64,000 nucleotides of DNA from Phoronis australis (lineage: Eukaryota; Animalia; Phoronida), in the NCBI GenBank assembly GCA_002633005.1, contig NMRA01000038.1, positions 1,182,883 through 1,246,882 on the forward strand. The letters run 5' to 3'. Shown here piece by piece: positions 1 to 14,048 of this stretch; within the stretch, counting starts at the first letter, position 1, and every line of letters begins with the position of its first letter. The translations under genes were made by a program, and so were the position numbers. The notes under the pieces are model-generated. The model had not been told where the DNA came from. It searched no databases and saw nothing but the letters and a program-made list of their open reading frames with translations.

Positions 1-430
1 GACTTGCATACATTTTAGGACAGATCCAACTACTGTGGTGCCCCTTAGTTGCAAATTTGTTTTTTGCCTGTGTCTCAATGTCTACCAATCTCCTAGTCGA
101 TAGAGCTTCAAATTTTGGTCTATGGTATATGCGTTCCAGTTAAGAGTACATCTGACATGATGTCCCCTCAGTGCCAATTTATGTTTCTTTATGTATGGCT
201 CTATGTGTACCAAATTCCTGGATGGATCTTCACCATATTAATTATTTAGTGAACAAGTATCTGTGAATGAAATGGCAGTACTTGCCTTGTTGCCCATACA
301 CATGACCTATCCTGCGCCTCCTAGTGGTCTTTTACTTCATATGTATATACGATACTAATGAACACTGCTAGAAGCATACCGTTTGCAGTGTAGTCGTGGG
401 CACATCTCAACGCTTTAACAGCTGCACATT
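1..430 (+). mobile_element. 3' portion of a HINE/Helentron-like element (same family as 40758-41860)
   Basis: Subrepeat motifs ggtgccccttagttgca (~39-54) and gcgcctcctagtggtc (315-330). The end gaagcataccgtttgcagtgtagtcgtgggcacatctcaacgc matches gaaggataccgtatgcggtgcaattgtgggcgcatttcaacgc at ~41801-41843. Confidence 0.75.
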
Positions 431-2810
431 ATAAAGCATGCTAAGAATGAAGTAATTAATTTTCTTGATGATTTTGACGAAGCAGACTTCATTTTTCTGT
501 CGTACTGCATATTTCTACTATTTAGGCCCATGCGTCTACCAGTATTTGTAAAGCTGCTCCAGCATCGGGAATTCTGTACCCGCACTAGCAGAACACTCGA
601 GTAAACCTTAAAAATATGATACTGAGTAAAACTTGACTTATAGGCTAGAGGTTTGTGCAAATAGACCAATAGAGGTTTAAAATGATGGATCCTGAAGTTA
701 CCGTAGTGACTGCAAGATCGTGCTGTAAAAAGAAGTACGTAAATTTTTTTTCAAAATTAGGAATTATGTATATGTGCAGACAATTAATATTTAAAGGAAG
801 TATTTTCTCATGTGCTACTTGTCCGGGTTAACAGCCACTTCCTAAGTTTCCAAATTTTCACAAAAAACCCCATGTTCTTCTTAGTGCCTGTTCCCAGTTT
901 TTACAGCCAAGACTTCCTTAAACTTGCCATTGTCGTCGCTTGTCTAGCGAGAATTTTAGCTCCCAAAATGCATGCCACTTGCTAACCTTTGGGCAATGAA
1001 TAGTCAGTTGCAGTGGTGCCTTGGTGGTATTAGGGCGGTAAAATGCCCACTTTTTACTGAAGGTGATGAATAGACTTCTACCTAGAGACTAGATAGATTA
1101 CTTGGACCTATAATAGATCATGTTTGGTTATAAAAATGAGTTAAAGTAACTTAACAACGAAGGGTAGAGGTTGTTCCCTTCATTGCTTTCATGTTTATAG
1201 GCGTAGTCTCCCTGTACGCTGCACTGGTATTGTGTTCGTTGTCCTTGAGCAGTACTTCTACAAACCTTTCGTTACAAACTTTTGTCATCATGTTAAACTG
1301 TACTGCTGATGCGATAATTCATTATGTGTTGAATAATGGTGTTCTGTGTAGGTTTTTGTCTATTAATGGCTTTGTTTGAACAGGAGAGACCTCATAAAAC
1401 AACATCTGGTCCAGTTTTCATTTTCATATCTGCAGCAAGGTCACTGGACTTGTAAAAACGGAAAAAGGACAGCTTTTGCATTTATTTTTTGCAAAATAAA
1501 TGAGGAATTAGTATACTGCAGGGAAACAAAGCAAGTGAACAGAATTCGTAAGGGGGGCGCAGAGGTCTGATATAACTAACACCTCTTGCATATTGTACTT
1601 ATCATTAAATACAAGACTGAACTTCTAATTTTCTAGGTTAATTGCTAGGTTTTCATACAACGGGGTTCACCACGGTCTGTTATAGCAGGGGACTATACCC
1701 TCTTTTAATTTGAGCTGTTGACTTTTGCTCTTCTTTGTTTTGCCCTCTTTTAATTTGTTAAGCCAGGAAATGTTTAGGCACTCTTTTTCAGTCAGCTTAA
1801 GTTCTGTTTACACAATCATTGATGCGTACAAAAGCTGCTTTTGGTGTCTGTTATAATCAGATTTAACAGTTCCTTTGGAATTCATGGGATGATGACTAAT
1901 AGTTACTCAATTCAATATTTCTTGACCCAGGCTAGCTCTTTTCAAGTGAAGGGGTGATTACTCGGTACGTAGCACAGGAATTGATACCAACTACAACAAA
2001 AGTTGTCAAATATACACACCATTGAGAAATCGCCATGAAACTGAAAACTCCGTTCTGATTTTTGTCTTCTAAAAGGTACGTAAGGGTGGTACAGGAAATT
2101 GTTGATTAGCAAATCAAACACAAAGGTTTTAGTTACCATCGAACGGTTTGGTATTGCATTTGGAAGTGACCAATGTTGTTTCAAAAGTGTTTAATAAATC
2201 CCTAGTTTCTTGTCACATAATACTAAAAATTCCCTTTTCTAATAATGTACTAGTTCATTGTCAACCCAATTGTTGTCAAGTGTGTCCATCCGTTTTTCTT
2301 TGTAGGAGAGATCACAATTTCACTTACTCAGAACACTTGTGCAGAAAGGCAAAGGCACTATGAAAGTGGAATGGTTTTAACTGATAGGAACATTTTTTTG
2401 AATTGTTTGTTTGATAATGGGAATCGAAAGAAAAATTCTTTACTTTTCACTGGCAAGATCATTGGTAAAATTTAGATCGAAATGAAAAATATATTTACTA
2501 TGTAGATTTCACTCATTCTTGGAATGACTTACTTCAACAAATAAAGGTTTTATAAAATGCTGGAAACAAGCTCTAAATTTTGAAGAAAAATCCTGGGATA
2601 GCCTGCCTAAAACCCTCAATATAAGAAGAGAATACCTGTGGTAGCCTTTGATTGTCTAGCTTGCTGCAGCCCTCTTTTAATTTTGATAAGTGAAGAACCC
2701 TGTACAGTTGCACTATCTGTCTATCATCAGAGGTGACAGATGTCATAGGAGTTGTGGCAAAGTCATCATGACAAGGAAATCAACTGTCTACATGGTAACA
2801 CTGTGATATA

Positions 2811-3080
2811 CCATAAAGTCACGGGTTAACGCCCTGGGCGCTTAAATTGGGAAAACTTTTGACAGGGGGTGGGCGATTTACCCAAGCAGTGGGTGATTAA
2901 AATGAACAATTGGCCAAAAGTCGGCGTGGGTGATTACCCAAGAGGTGGGCACTGAGGGGAAATTTGCACAAACTAGGGGATGGGTCATTACTCAAGCAGT
3001 GGGCGCTTAAAACCGAAAATTGACCAAAAATCGGGGATGTGCGATTACACGGGCATGGGCACTGACCCGTGAGTTTACGG
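2811..3080. mobile_element. 270-bp TA-flanked MITE, Tc1/mariner-pogo-type CCGTA ends
   Basis: Left ta|ccataaagtcacgggttaacgccc versus reverse complement of right ta|ccgtaaactcacgggtcagtgccc. Internal repeats of gtgggcg/tgattaccc. A degenerate relative lies at ~23875-24030. Confidence 0.75.
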
Positions 3081-4281
3081 TACTGTAACATACCGGTATT
3101 TACAGAGCTCTTTGTGCCATGGAATGGCATCTTAAGGTGCAGTGACTTGATGAGTAGTGTCCAGGCTATCAGTTACCCTAGAATAACTTGCCCTAGAGCA
3201 AGTTGCCCCCTTTCAGTTGCAGCCTATGGTCAACTCCACACAACTTGCTCCCCTATGCCATGTGACACATATGGTTCATATTTGATCGGACACCCCTGTG
3301 TGTCTCACTGAGCAAGCACAAGGCTTGTTACTACTTCTGTCCTTTCTGCAGGTTTACATCCATACAACAACTTGCGTTGGGCAAGTTACCCCTGCCTCGA
3401 TAAGGGGGCAAGTTGTCCCCCGTATATCAAGTTGGTCCAGCTCAAATATCCTCCACACTATTAAACTTTCTGACCACTTTTTGTTGGAGTATGTCATAGT
3501 GTGGATGGCACTTTGGAGAGTTTTTCTGAATTATTCAGTTACCACCTCAGAATCTATTGGAGATTGATAAGCGCTGTTTTGCTGCACAAAGCCTTTGGAT
3601 AGAAATTCACCTACTTGGTTACCCTGTTTATTGCTTACTTTCCAAAATCAAGAAAGGCTGTGCAGAGTTCTTAAACACTGCTTGTTTTGTATTTTGTTGT
3701 TATTCTGTGCGCAGTTAGGTTAGTATTCAGAGCCTTATAAGGAGTAGAATACGTAGATAAGATTTGTTGCAACGCATTGTTTTGAACCAACACCAGCACA
3801 TCATATGGAGAGAATGACCTTACCTGCAAAGGTGTTTGCATTATTGAACAGTATCAGTATGGTATCAAAAGTAACAGTTACTTACTGTACTAGTTAAGTT
3901 GAATGTGGAAACCATTTTTGGGTGAAGTTGAGTGATTGTACAGCCGAACAATCAATTTGGGTGAGTGCTTGCGTCTTGCTTACAAGAGACAAATAAAACA
4001 GTATGGAAGTCTGGGTATTTTCCCACCCAAATGTGGCAAGCTCTGAATGTCTGGTACTCAAAGGTTAATTTTAACGACTTTTGTAAATATTATGAGGTAA
4101 AATGGTGTTCACCAAGACACAAGTGATTTCAAGGTGTATGGAATTGATAAATGAAAACTTAGAAATTTTTTTTAAAGCTAACGTGGATATTTAGGGTATA
4201 TAAAGGTGATCACTTTGCGCTCTTGTTGTGACGGCCAGCCTTCATTGGTTGATAAATTGATTGGCGTCATTCCTACATCTA

Positions 4282-4515
4282 CAGAAAATCTCATCAATTT
4301 CGTACTAGAATACCTGCCAAAATAACCCCTCTTTCAGTTTTCAAGGGCCTCTAACATTGTTGTGGATGCACACAATTTCTTTCAACATTGTATGAAGGTA
4401 GCTGTGGTACACAATTTGAACACATGCATTTGGTTCTACATATCTTTGTGCCAAAAATGAGAAAATGACGTTTCACTTGTCCAGCATATTGTGTCAAATT
4501 GGTGAGATTTTACTG
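4282..4515 (+). mobile_element. ~240-bp Tc1/mariner-type MITE family, copy 1
   Basis: Begins ta|cagaaaatctcatcaatttcg and ends aaattggtgagattttactg; colinear with copies at 20617-20860, 23203-23437 (inverted) and 44710-44951. Confidence 0.7.
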
Positions 4516-5764
4516 TGGTCTTAGTGGGAACTAGTCTTAACTTCATCCGTCCTCCTTTTTGCATGAGAACTGTTACTGTATCTCAGGAATAGTTGATTGT
4601 TTTAAATTGGTGTATGCTATGACTCATTCAGTACGAATATAATATGCAGAAAATTACGAGTCGTTACTGAACTTACTTGAGATAAAGAGCAACTCCGACC
4701 GAATTCACCAGAGGTTAAACAGGTTTGAAAAAGCCAGCAGACGCTGGCGAAAACGTTGTTTTTGTGGCAAGTAAATTCAGTAATGACTTATAATTTTCTG
4801 CCTAGTTTATTGTTTTGGTGAGGAAAAAGTACCATGTTACTTATTATTTTTGTTCTGAACATTTTAGCCTTACTAAATCATAATGCGCTCTTTGCAGGCA
4901 CTTTCTACAGTTATAGTGGAACAAGGGTTGCAGTCTTTCAATGAAATTTGGTTTGTGGCAACAAAGCAAGAACTCCGAATATAAATCAAAATTGGCTTAG
5001 TATTATGACGAACAAAAAGTGGCCATTAATTAATGCTCTGGTGTTCCATTTCACTAAGGTGAAGCTGTTGTCTGTTACGGTCACAGATGAAGAATTAATT
5101 CGATTCCAGTGCCTTGTTGAAGTGGTTCTTAAGTATTATTATGGTACGGCATCATTGCATTTTATGTTTTGTTTCTCTGCTTCTTGAACCGAACATTTCA
5201 TGTAAGTAGGTGAATCCATATCTGAACCACTCGCACTAACGACAAGACAATATTGATGATGATCTTAAAGTTATCCTTTACACAGCCTTTATAATAGTAA
5301 CCTTGGCAACAGCAAAAGGAAGGTGAATAATGTGTTTTCTATTACACGCTCCCTCGTCACGACATCCCTTTGCTATGTGTAGGTCGTGAACTGTTAATGT
5401 GAAAGTAAGCTTTTAACAAAGGTTCCTTAAGCATAAAAATGCATAAAATTACACTGATAGTTGTTTTTACTAACCCACAACCGGGGCTTCATGTAGATGG
5501 TATGCAAAAGCCACCTTGATGTTTTGATGAGATTGATAATCAATGGCTGAACATTATCCACCTTATTTATGTTTGCGTTACTTTGCGTTTTGTCAAATTT
5601 TAAGATGGTGTCATACAGGTGGATAATAAAGATATACTAAGGTGGTTCATGTTTTTGTTGATATATTATCCCAATTCTTATGATACAGGAAAAACTTCTG
5701 TGCTGCGACCTACAAAGAGAAGTCACATTTTTTAAATTCTATCATTTCCTGCCCAACATCTGCA

Positions 5765-6357
5765 GCTGTATCTCTCAAACCCTTTGCAGGGTATTAGTGA
5801 AATTCAGCAAGGGTATTCATATGAATGACAATAGATGACTGTAACTTTCAGACAGATCTGACTTAGCTGTTTCCCCTAGTAAGCAATTTTATTTCATACA
5901 TTTGCGTCTTTATCTTGAGTTTCTTGATGTTTTTTTCACGAAATTTAGCTAATAGCATTCTGTTAAGGAGACAATGACGGCGTGCCAAGTTTGGATGGAT
6001 TTAACATATTCTGACACACCTAGTGGCCACTTTTATTATTCCCGACTCAAGGTTTTGGCATCTGCCTTTCTGTGAAAATTGGCAGATGTGTTTTTATTGA
6101 GAAGAACGTGCCTGGCGTTGATCTTGGGATGGGTCTAACTACTGTGGCGGCTCCTAGTGGTATGTTAACATTTGTCTCAATATCTCTTAAACCCCTTTGT
6201 GAAATTTGCCAAATGTATTTCTATGAGAATGATGAGATAATGACTTTCAAACAGATCTGACTACCACTGTGCCCCCATATGGCAATGGGATTCTATTTGG
6301 ATGATGATGCCCTTCAATTTTCCGATTTATTCGACATATTTTGCACCACCTATTGGC

Positions 6358-6360
<3 letters not shown>
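5765..6360 (+). mobile_element. Degenerate internal subrepeat array of the HINE/Helentron-like family
   Basis: gctgtatctctcaaaccctttgcagg matches ~41316-41341. Recurring 'cagatctgact...cc(c)tagtggc' units at ~5876, 6020, 6154, 6275 and 6350. Confidence 0.7.

Positions 6361-6406
<46 letters not shown>
6359..6406. repeat. (ATT)n microsatellite, ~16 units
   Basis: Directly visible perfect trinucleotide run. Confidence 0.97.
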
Positions 6407-9400
6407 TTTAAGTCTGTAAGGGTTGCGGATGGTATCATTCAAACGTGTCGGAGATCACTCTGTAGAAACTTTCTTATTAAAAGGATATTAAACCTAGTTC
6501 AGACAAAATCTGCTGAATAGCAAGCGTGACTAACAATTAGGGCAAGTCTGCGGACAACTAGGGAGTGGCCATGTGTTATCAAAGCTCCGAATCCATTTTG
6601 TTTTGCGGGGAGAAGTGATTTCTGGCTGAACATTGCTCACATCTTCCGTCGGAAGTACCGATTAGATAATAGATGTTAGAAACTTCTGTAGTTTTGAACC
6701 TGTATATCCTGTCCACAGTGCCTTTATAAACCTCAGCAAAGATTGCTTGGTTGACGCCTTCAAAACAAAGACATTGAGGTACTAAGGTAATTCTAAGAAT
6801 GGTCTTCAGATCATTGACCTGGTGATTGAACTTCAACCGAGAGTAAACAAGAATGCCGCTGCTATTTCACGCACTTACTCACGTAGTCAGAATTCGGTGT
6901 TCTCCACAGTCTGTTTTGACTCGTCACTAGGTCAAGTTTGAAGTTTGCTATGACCAGTTTGGCAAACTTTAGGCAGGTATGAAAACAAGTTTAAGTATTG
7001 GACGATTACGGTAGTCATTTCTTGAGAAAAGTAGGACATTTTGGACTTCGCATTTATTCCAAGGCATAATGCACAAGCTCCTTCATGTCAGTATGGAAAT
7101 GGACTTTCAGACGTGTACATGAATTTTCCAGTAATTCCAGTTGGGTTATAATTTTATGTTATGCAGTACCAAGGAGATATTCAAACAATGATTTAACACC
7201 TCTCATCTGTCTTCCAAAATCATGCTAAACACTTGCGTGTTGGACAATTGATCTGTCTCCTTTGATTTGCCCTAAACGGCAGCCGGCCCGAAAAGGCTGC
7301 ATTCGAAGTGGAATTTGCCCTCTAATTCCTTATCTCTGTGATTTCTTGGTTGAATTTATTAGAAACGCAACATAGCGACGATGTGAATATGCAGTAGATT
7401 GAAAATTCCCAAATATTTTCAGTAATGAGTGGTATTTTCCCATAGTTACATCGTAATTTGCCAAAAGCGTAGGACTCGCTTATCTGCTTAGCTGACTTTA
7501 AAAGGAGTTTTCAAATTTCCCTCCAACTTTTTGAGGGTTCTCGAGGGTTACAGCACCAGTGGATGAATGAAAACCAAAGTGCAGCGAAATATGTAACTAT
7601 AATCAAAAACAAACTTGTAATACAATGGCAGTCGAAGCAGCCGTCTCAACATCGGTCGCACATTCAGATGTGCCACAACAATAACAAACTAACTAATAAT
7701 TGGCGTTGACCATTTTTTGTTTCAGAGAACGGTCAATTTAGGCATCTGTTAATAGGCTAAAACCGGGTTTGGTATCCTGTCAACTCCTTTTCCTTGTAAG
7801 ACACCTGATAGGACACCTTTGAGAACGCTCGGCTGATGTATCTCCTGCTTCAGATGTCCTGTCTGCCTTCCTATGAAATTTCACGTTTGAAGGCTGTATA
7901 AGATGGTTGCAGATGAGCGAAGAATCTTGCACTTGAGGACTGATGACCTCTAGTAACCTTTAACCTTCACCAGTAATTGCATGTTAATGATGATTTTGTT
8001 GCCCATACTTTTTGAGCATGATTGCCATACCACAGCTCCAGTACATAAACACTGGTAAAAATAGCTACAAGGATCCATGCTTAGCATGTCAACTGACCAA
8101 ATGCCACCTGGCAGAATTCCCAGGTCATCAAATGGAGAGTGAGGTCGCCAAAACAATAAACTTGGGGTTTTAAAAGTCCCGGCCCCTGCATTCGAGGCGT
8201 AATTGGCAAGAGCCGAAAATGAAATAAAGGAGATAACTGAAATGAAAAACAGCTGCATCTATCAAATGTCCGCTGTTTGCCCGTACGGAGTTTTTTGTTG
8301 AATAGAAAATGGGAGTGTTTCGTGTACTAGCAACCAATTTCTACTTCTCGAACCCAATATTCCTTACTAGCTCATCTGAAGTACTGAAGCAGATAATCAC
8401 CAACCGTTGCCTGTTCATGACCCATAAATGAGTCCTTTTGATTTTTACTGAAAGATTCCAACTTCCATCTGCTCTTGTGGTATTTCAAGTGAGTGCTCGA
8501 ATGGTGCATGGTCACCCATACCTGGTTGCCAAACAAAATCTGAGGCCGCATTGTCCAAATCCAGCCCTTAACCGATTGCAAAAGATGTTTCCATCTCCAT
8601 TTTAGACGTGTTTTGGGTTTGTGTCCTGGTGCTGAGCTTGGTTGTATGTGGGACTTCTGTCGCTTGAAATTAAGACTAGTATGCTGACATGTTCCTCGCT
8701 TCCAAGAAAATTCCTCCTGTGTGTTTCAATTCACAGATATGCACACATGCTTGACCTTCACTTTCCTTAGTATGTACATGCCTTTCAATCTCTTTTTGTC
8801 TGTTTATAGTACTTTTTGTTTAATTTGAATACTTGTCAATATCTACCATTTTATAACATATACGTCAGGTTTCACTCATGTGATATTTGAAAAATTTGCT
8901 CTTTGGTTTTACTCAATTTTTCTCAAACTGGCAAATATGTCTAATTTTGGATATTGGCACAGCTTCACATATGGCTGCATTGACCTATCGGTAAATACAC
9001 TTGTGTACAGTAAATTTAAAATGGTTCATAGACTTCCCAACTTTAAAAAAATGTTTCACTGAACCTTTTACTATGATCACAGAATTATTCCGGTCAAGTG
9101 GAATTTGTTAAAGAGGTCTAATCTTCCCTGCAACAATCACTTATGTAGTCAACCATGCCGTGATGCTAAGTGTGTGTCAACTGATGTGTCTCAGTTACCA
9201 GTTCTAGAACATCTTCGGTCAAGCTAGTTCTCTGTTATTTTCGGAGTCCATGACTTGAAACAAAAGTGAAATAGCTTGGCATGGGATCAAAATTGCCCTG
9301 GTTTTCCGCGGACAACACAAATTCCTTTGTCGGCTTCTTTTTTCATTTTATATCAGTGCCTGTGATTAACTGTGACATGAACATTCATTTCGAGCAGATC

Positions 9401-10862
9401 ATCATACTCAGTTGCAGTATTAAATGAGATTGTGCTGCACAAGTGCCACCTTCAGTGTTCTGTTGCAGCTCAACATGAGCAGAATGATGTCATATGCCAA
9501 CTCTATGAGTTTGTTGTAGTTCAAAGGTAATTGGGGTTGCAAGTTGTCTTAAGCACATATTTACCTGTGTTATTACTCTATGTGCTTGAATAGAAATGCA
9601 TAGCAGCACAGAAAAATGACTGATGACAACTTACCGTACTTACATAGATGACAATTTTTATTTACACTTGAAAGCCCAAACATGTGTGGGGCAGGGTATT
9701 CAAATGTTTCAAGGTCCTTTCAAACGTGTTGTGCTGACAAACTGGTTGTAAGCGAATCGCACTAAAAAATGTCACAGAGAACATCAACTGACAACTATAC
9801 TGAGAGAACAGTCGAATGTTTCTACTCTTTAAGTGAAGATTTCTTCCAGCAAGTGCTTGGCAAGAGTGGAAGCCTACGGAATGCACGGCAGGTCTCGGTT
9901 CCTTTGGGTCACTAAAATTTGATTGCCTTGAAATAACTGCAGCGTGTTTCAGAAGTTTGTTATGTAGTATGTCCACGTGCCATGTATTCCATCAAAATTA
10001 TTTTCTTTATGAAGCAGCATGGTCATCGTATTGATTTTGAATCGTATTACAATAACCGTTGATTAATGCAGGAACTTTCACGGGGGATACGTTTTCCCTG
10101 TGGAAAATGTACTGTGGCATGCTTCATATCTCTCAACAGTTTGAAGTAATCTAAAAATGTTACCGAGTCATGGAATTATTATTTAAGATGTGCATGTTTT
10201 TGTGGAATGGGTTTTATGTCACTTCATTTTTTCTCTCAAGGGGTAGTGATTTTTCGACTTTTCTCATTGTTACCTAAAACAGTTTAATATGGTACTTTTA
10301 TGGTGCATTAGATGTGAAATTTTTAACTGGAAGGTTGATAGATTGTCTGTTTACATGGCAGATCAGATGTTTCAAACAAGGTGAGGGGTCTTACCTCCCA
10401 TCTTCACTTTGGAAGGAATTATGTGAACAGCATGAAGGTGCAGAGCCTAGCCACGAATCATGTCACTCGGGGATGTAGGGTTCTCATGCCTTCTCATGTC
10501 TGCTGTCTGATTTGGAGTCAGTCAGATGTAGATGGCAGATCAGAAATTTGATGAGTGTTCCTATGGGATACGTAGCATGTGAACAATGTATTCTTGGTGC
10601 TGTAGACATTGATCCTTACTATTGCCACTAATGTAGTACGTAGGATGAATAGCAGAAAGCACCTGCAATCAAAATCCAGAGTGTTGTGGAATCGTCAAGA
10701 TATGGCGATTTTATCGAAAGTATAACATGTTTTGACATTTACTGAATCTTCAAAATGTTCAGTTTTATGGGCATGTCAGTGAGTGTCTTGCCAACAAGTA
10801 AATTATTTTTATTCTTTAAAGTTAGGACTGTGAAGAGCTCGTATGGAGTTTGCTGAAGTCAG

Positions 10863-11140
10863 GGGTCTGTTTCATGAAACTGACTTGAAGATTTAAGACA
10901 GAAATTTGGTCTCGCCCTTCTACATCACATTTGCTGAAAAAAGGTGTTGCCAAGTAATCTTGCAGTCTAAAGTAATTTATAGAAATAACCTCAGTAACTA
11001 TCGGTTACATGTATATTTTCAGAGACTTCAGACTTTTTTGTGCAAGTGAGCTTTAATTGTTTTTTTTCAGATACAGTTTTGTAGAGCATAAGACCAAATT
11101 TTTGACTTAAGTCTTGAGTTGCTTTTCATGAAACTGACTC
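10863..11140. mobile_element. ~280-bp MITE with ~50-bp imperfect TIRs (PIF/Harbinger-like ends)
   Basis: Left gggtctgtttcatgaaactgacttgaagatttaagacagaaatttggtct versus reverse complement of right gagtcagtttcatgaaaagcaactcaagacttaagtcaaaaatttggtct. Confidence 0.7.
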
Positions 11141-11198
11141 ATGATTGTGAAGAGCTTGTGTAACTTCGCAATTCCTTGATAACCCAGCATGCTAATGC

Positions 11199-11318
11199 AG
11201 GCTTGTGTTCAGTAACGCTAGGAAAATTCACGTGTTCTCATTTAAAATTCATGGCAAAATCTCTCATAATCTCCTGAAGTCTTGCTTTTTTGCGAGGTCT
11301 TAGTTACTGAATGGAAGG
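11199..11318 (+). mobile_element. Short MITE (gttcagtaacgct...gttactgaa), copy 1
   Basis: Inverted ends; core cacgtgttctcatttaaaat(t/a)catggcaa...gaagtcttgctttt shared with 50293-50437. Confidence 0.6.
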
Positions 11319-12615
11319 CTGTTCTCATGTTCGTCCATCGTTCCAGTTGACTGAATTCTGTTGTAGGACAATAGGGATGCCATGACCATGGAGGAGTTAA
11401 TTAGTGTGTGTCACTGTCCGGCCTGGGAATAGAAATAATGTAATTATAGAATCCAGTACAATCTCTTGTATATAACATCATCGTATGCTTTTCATTGGGC
11501 AATGAATATATACCACCCTTGTACAGCACTATGAAACATCAGTTCAGCCAGTACCGAATTTGATGGTTTTTGGTATGTCGCTTGGAGCAACCATTTTAGT
11601 AAAAATTGCTGACAATTCCAATCCAGTCCTGTGGGTTATGTATAGTGACCTGAGTAACTCACTTGGAAATGTGCTGATCACAACTGGGGTATTGTGTGCT
11701 GAGACCTGACAACAATTGATCACTTAAATTGTTTTCCCACTGTGATGGGTCGCTTAAATTGCTTTCCCACTGACTCTTTAACTCTCCAACTGCCTGGCAT
11801 AACAACCATTTTCTTTAGTGACCCCAGGAGGCTTAACTTCTGTGGGAACAGGTCATTTACTCTGGAACTAAATTTACTGCGGTATAAAAGTTACTTCTCT
11901 TCAGAGCATGGGATTAGCGATTGGCGTAAAATTTTACAGCAGCGTAACTCTGTCAGAAAGCTTAATCCACTGTGGCTACCGCAGTAAAATTTTTTCATCT
12001 GTTTCACGAGAGTTCGCATGTGCGTGATCAGTTTTGTATCATTTACATCAGTCTCAAACTTGTGTTTTTCTCTGCTTTTCATTGGTTTCTTCTCTCAACG
12101 AGATTTGCACTCGTTAAAAGACGCCAACTGCAAGGGCAATATAGAACTATATTTTGGTGTCGCCTTTTTCCGGGTTTTGTTTCAAATGGCCGACACATTA
12201 TAACATCTGTGGTCTTAATCCATTTGACCTCAGATATTTTTTTTGCAATGGCTGTTGGATGTTCATGGGAGGGTTTGCGATATAATACTGTTGCTTATCT
12301 AGAGTCTTGCACCACTTACTTGCTCTAGTTTGACATGTGGGAAACTTGAGATATTGTTTGTACAGAGACATCATGTAATTTGAAGGACATAAAAGAAGCC
12401 TTCATAAAAGTCTGACGTCATGAATTTCTATAAGTCTTCACTTAAACTGCTTTCCAATTGCTTTGTTATTGTGATGTATGTCTTTCAAATCGTCACAGGA
12501 TGACTTGTCTGTGAATGAGTGTTGTTTCTGAGTAGAGATCCAAGGGATATTATATTTTATATATTCTTTTGATTGATATGTCTTGTATTCTTTACTAGTC
12601 TCCTGGGCTGTGATT

Positions 12616-13450
12616 CCCTGTTCACACAAACTGACTTAAACACTAATATTTTCGCTGGCACATTCGCTTGTAGCAAAAACGCTTCTTGTGTGAACGGTTT
12701 TAAATTTGCACTTCTGCAGGCACTCTGCTGGAGGTTTGAGTTACCCCAAAACTATTGCCGTTTTCACTAGCACTTTCTTTGCCTCACGGCTTACGGCAAC
12801 GGATATTTATGCACAGGTGTTAAAGGCCTTTTTTATCGTCGCGTTGGCAGAGAGTGAGAATGTTTTGCCGTCAACTTTTTCTGAAAGTGATTCAGGCGCT
12901 GAGGAAAAACTAACCGCTGGCAAAATGACCCCTTCTCGGAGAACTCGCCTGCTAGCTTTTTCAGCACTCGTGTGAACCTGGTATGATAGGCAGAAACCCT
13001 AACAATGTTTCAGCAGCAAAAACACTGACATTACGGCCAGACGGACTTGTGTTTGTGTGAAGCTGTAATGCGATGCAAAAATGCTATCAGTTTTTCAGTT
13101 GCAAAAAAGTTGCTGTTTTGACGTGCTGTATCTGCAGGAGGAATTTTCGCCAGCAGGTAATTTGTTTCCTCAGGCCACCCAAATGGCTTATGAAGGGAAA
13201 CTTGATGTTAAAACGCCTTTACTCACTGTAGTAAAGTGATTAACACAATGCAGCATTGCAACGATAAACCATAACATCTGTCCTGCGTGCATGGGTGTGC
13301 TTTGAAGCAGTTTTGCTTCTGAAGTACTAACAGAATGCCAGCAGTTTTGGAGTAACTCGTACCGCCCTCAAAGTGCCTGTATTAGTGACAAAATTGTAGT
13401 CATTTCATTCGTGCTACTAGCGAATGGCAAAACTGAGCATGTGAACAGGG
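12616..13450. mobile_element. Putative Harbinger-like non-autonomous element
   Basis: 11-bp perfect inverted ends ccctgttcaca / tgtgaacaggg, with internal tgtgaac repeats (~12689, ~12972). TSD unclear. Confidence 0.4.
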
Positions 13451-13956
13451 CATTAATTTGCATGTTGGTATTTTTTTATCACCATGGCAAACTCGCATCC
13501 CCGCACTTAAAGTTCACGGTCTCAGTGTGTGTGAAGATCTGGTTAACCCCTATTGATTTATCATAAGTGTATACAGTCTAGGTCTGAAGTCATGAGAAGT
13601 CAGTCTGCTAAGAGTGCCTATCTACAGGAAGGAAGGGCCTGTTAGAAGAAAGTTTCGTGCAGTCATGCTTAGCTGAGGCTTGCTCCTGGTTATTGTCTGT
13701 ACAACTGTGCCCATAAAGATGTTCTGGACCTGAAATACTGCTATATGATGTCTTGAATAGAGTTCCTTGAATTGTGGAATTGCATTTGTGTATTTATTTC
13801 AGAATGTTTTTTTTCATAATTCGATTAATGATTGCACACTTTTTTACCACTTCTATAAATTAAATGTCTATCGGTTATATTCAGAACAGTGGTACTTCCA
13901 GATTGTTTTCGGTTATACCAAAAATGAGTTGGTGCATAGTTGAATATAATTGACTA

Positions 13957-14048
13957 TAAAGAACTGTCCACACATAGACCAGCGCTAGAACAAGTTACGC
14001 CTGCAACGAGTTGTCGCTTCGTCTGGGGCCTGTGTGGACACTCTTTAA
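13957..14048. mobile_element. ~90-bp mini TIR element
   Basis: taaagaactgtccacaca ... tgtgtggacactctttaa inverted ends. Confidence 0.4.

Noticed and set aside
6247-6438. Poly-isoleucine membrane peptide ORF
   Set aside because: Artefact of the (ATT)n microsatellite.
6407-6900. LINE 3' end with (TAA)n tail on the minus strand
   Set aside because: The position next to the microsatellite is suggestive, but the frames I translated gave no RT or endonuclease motif; unsupported without BLASTX.
7850-8620. Nested minus-strand gene or transposase remnant
   Set aside because: Somewhat coding-like composition, but the frames examined contain stops and no motif I can name.
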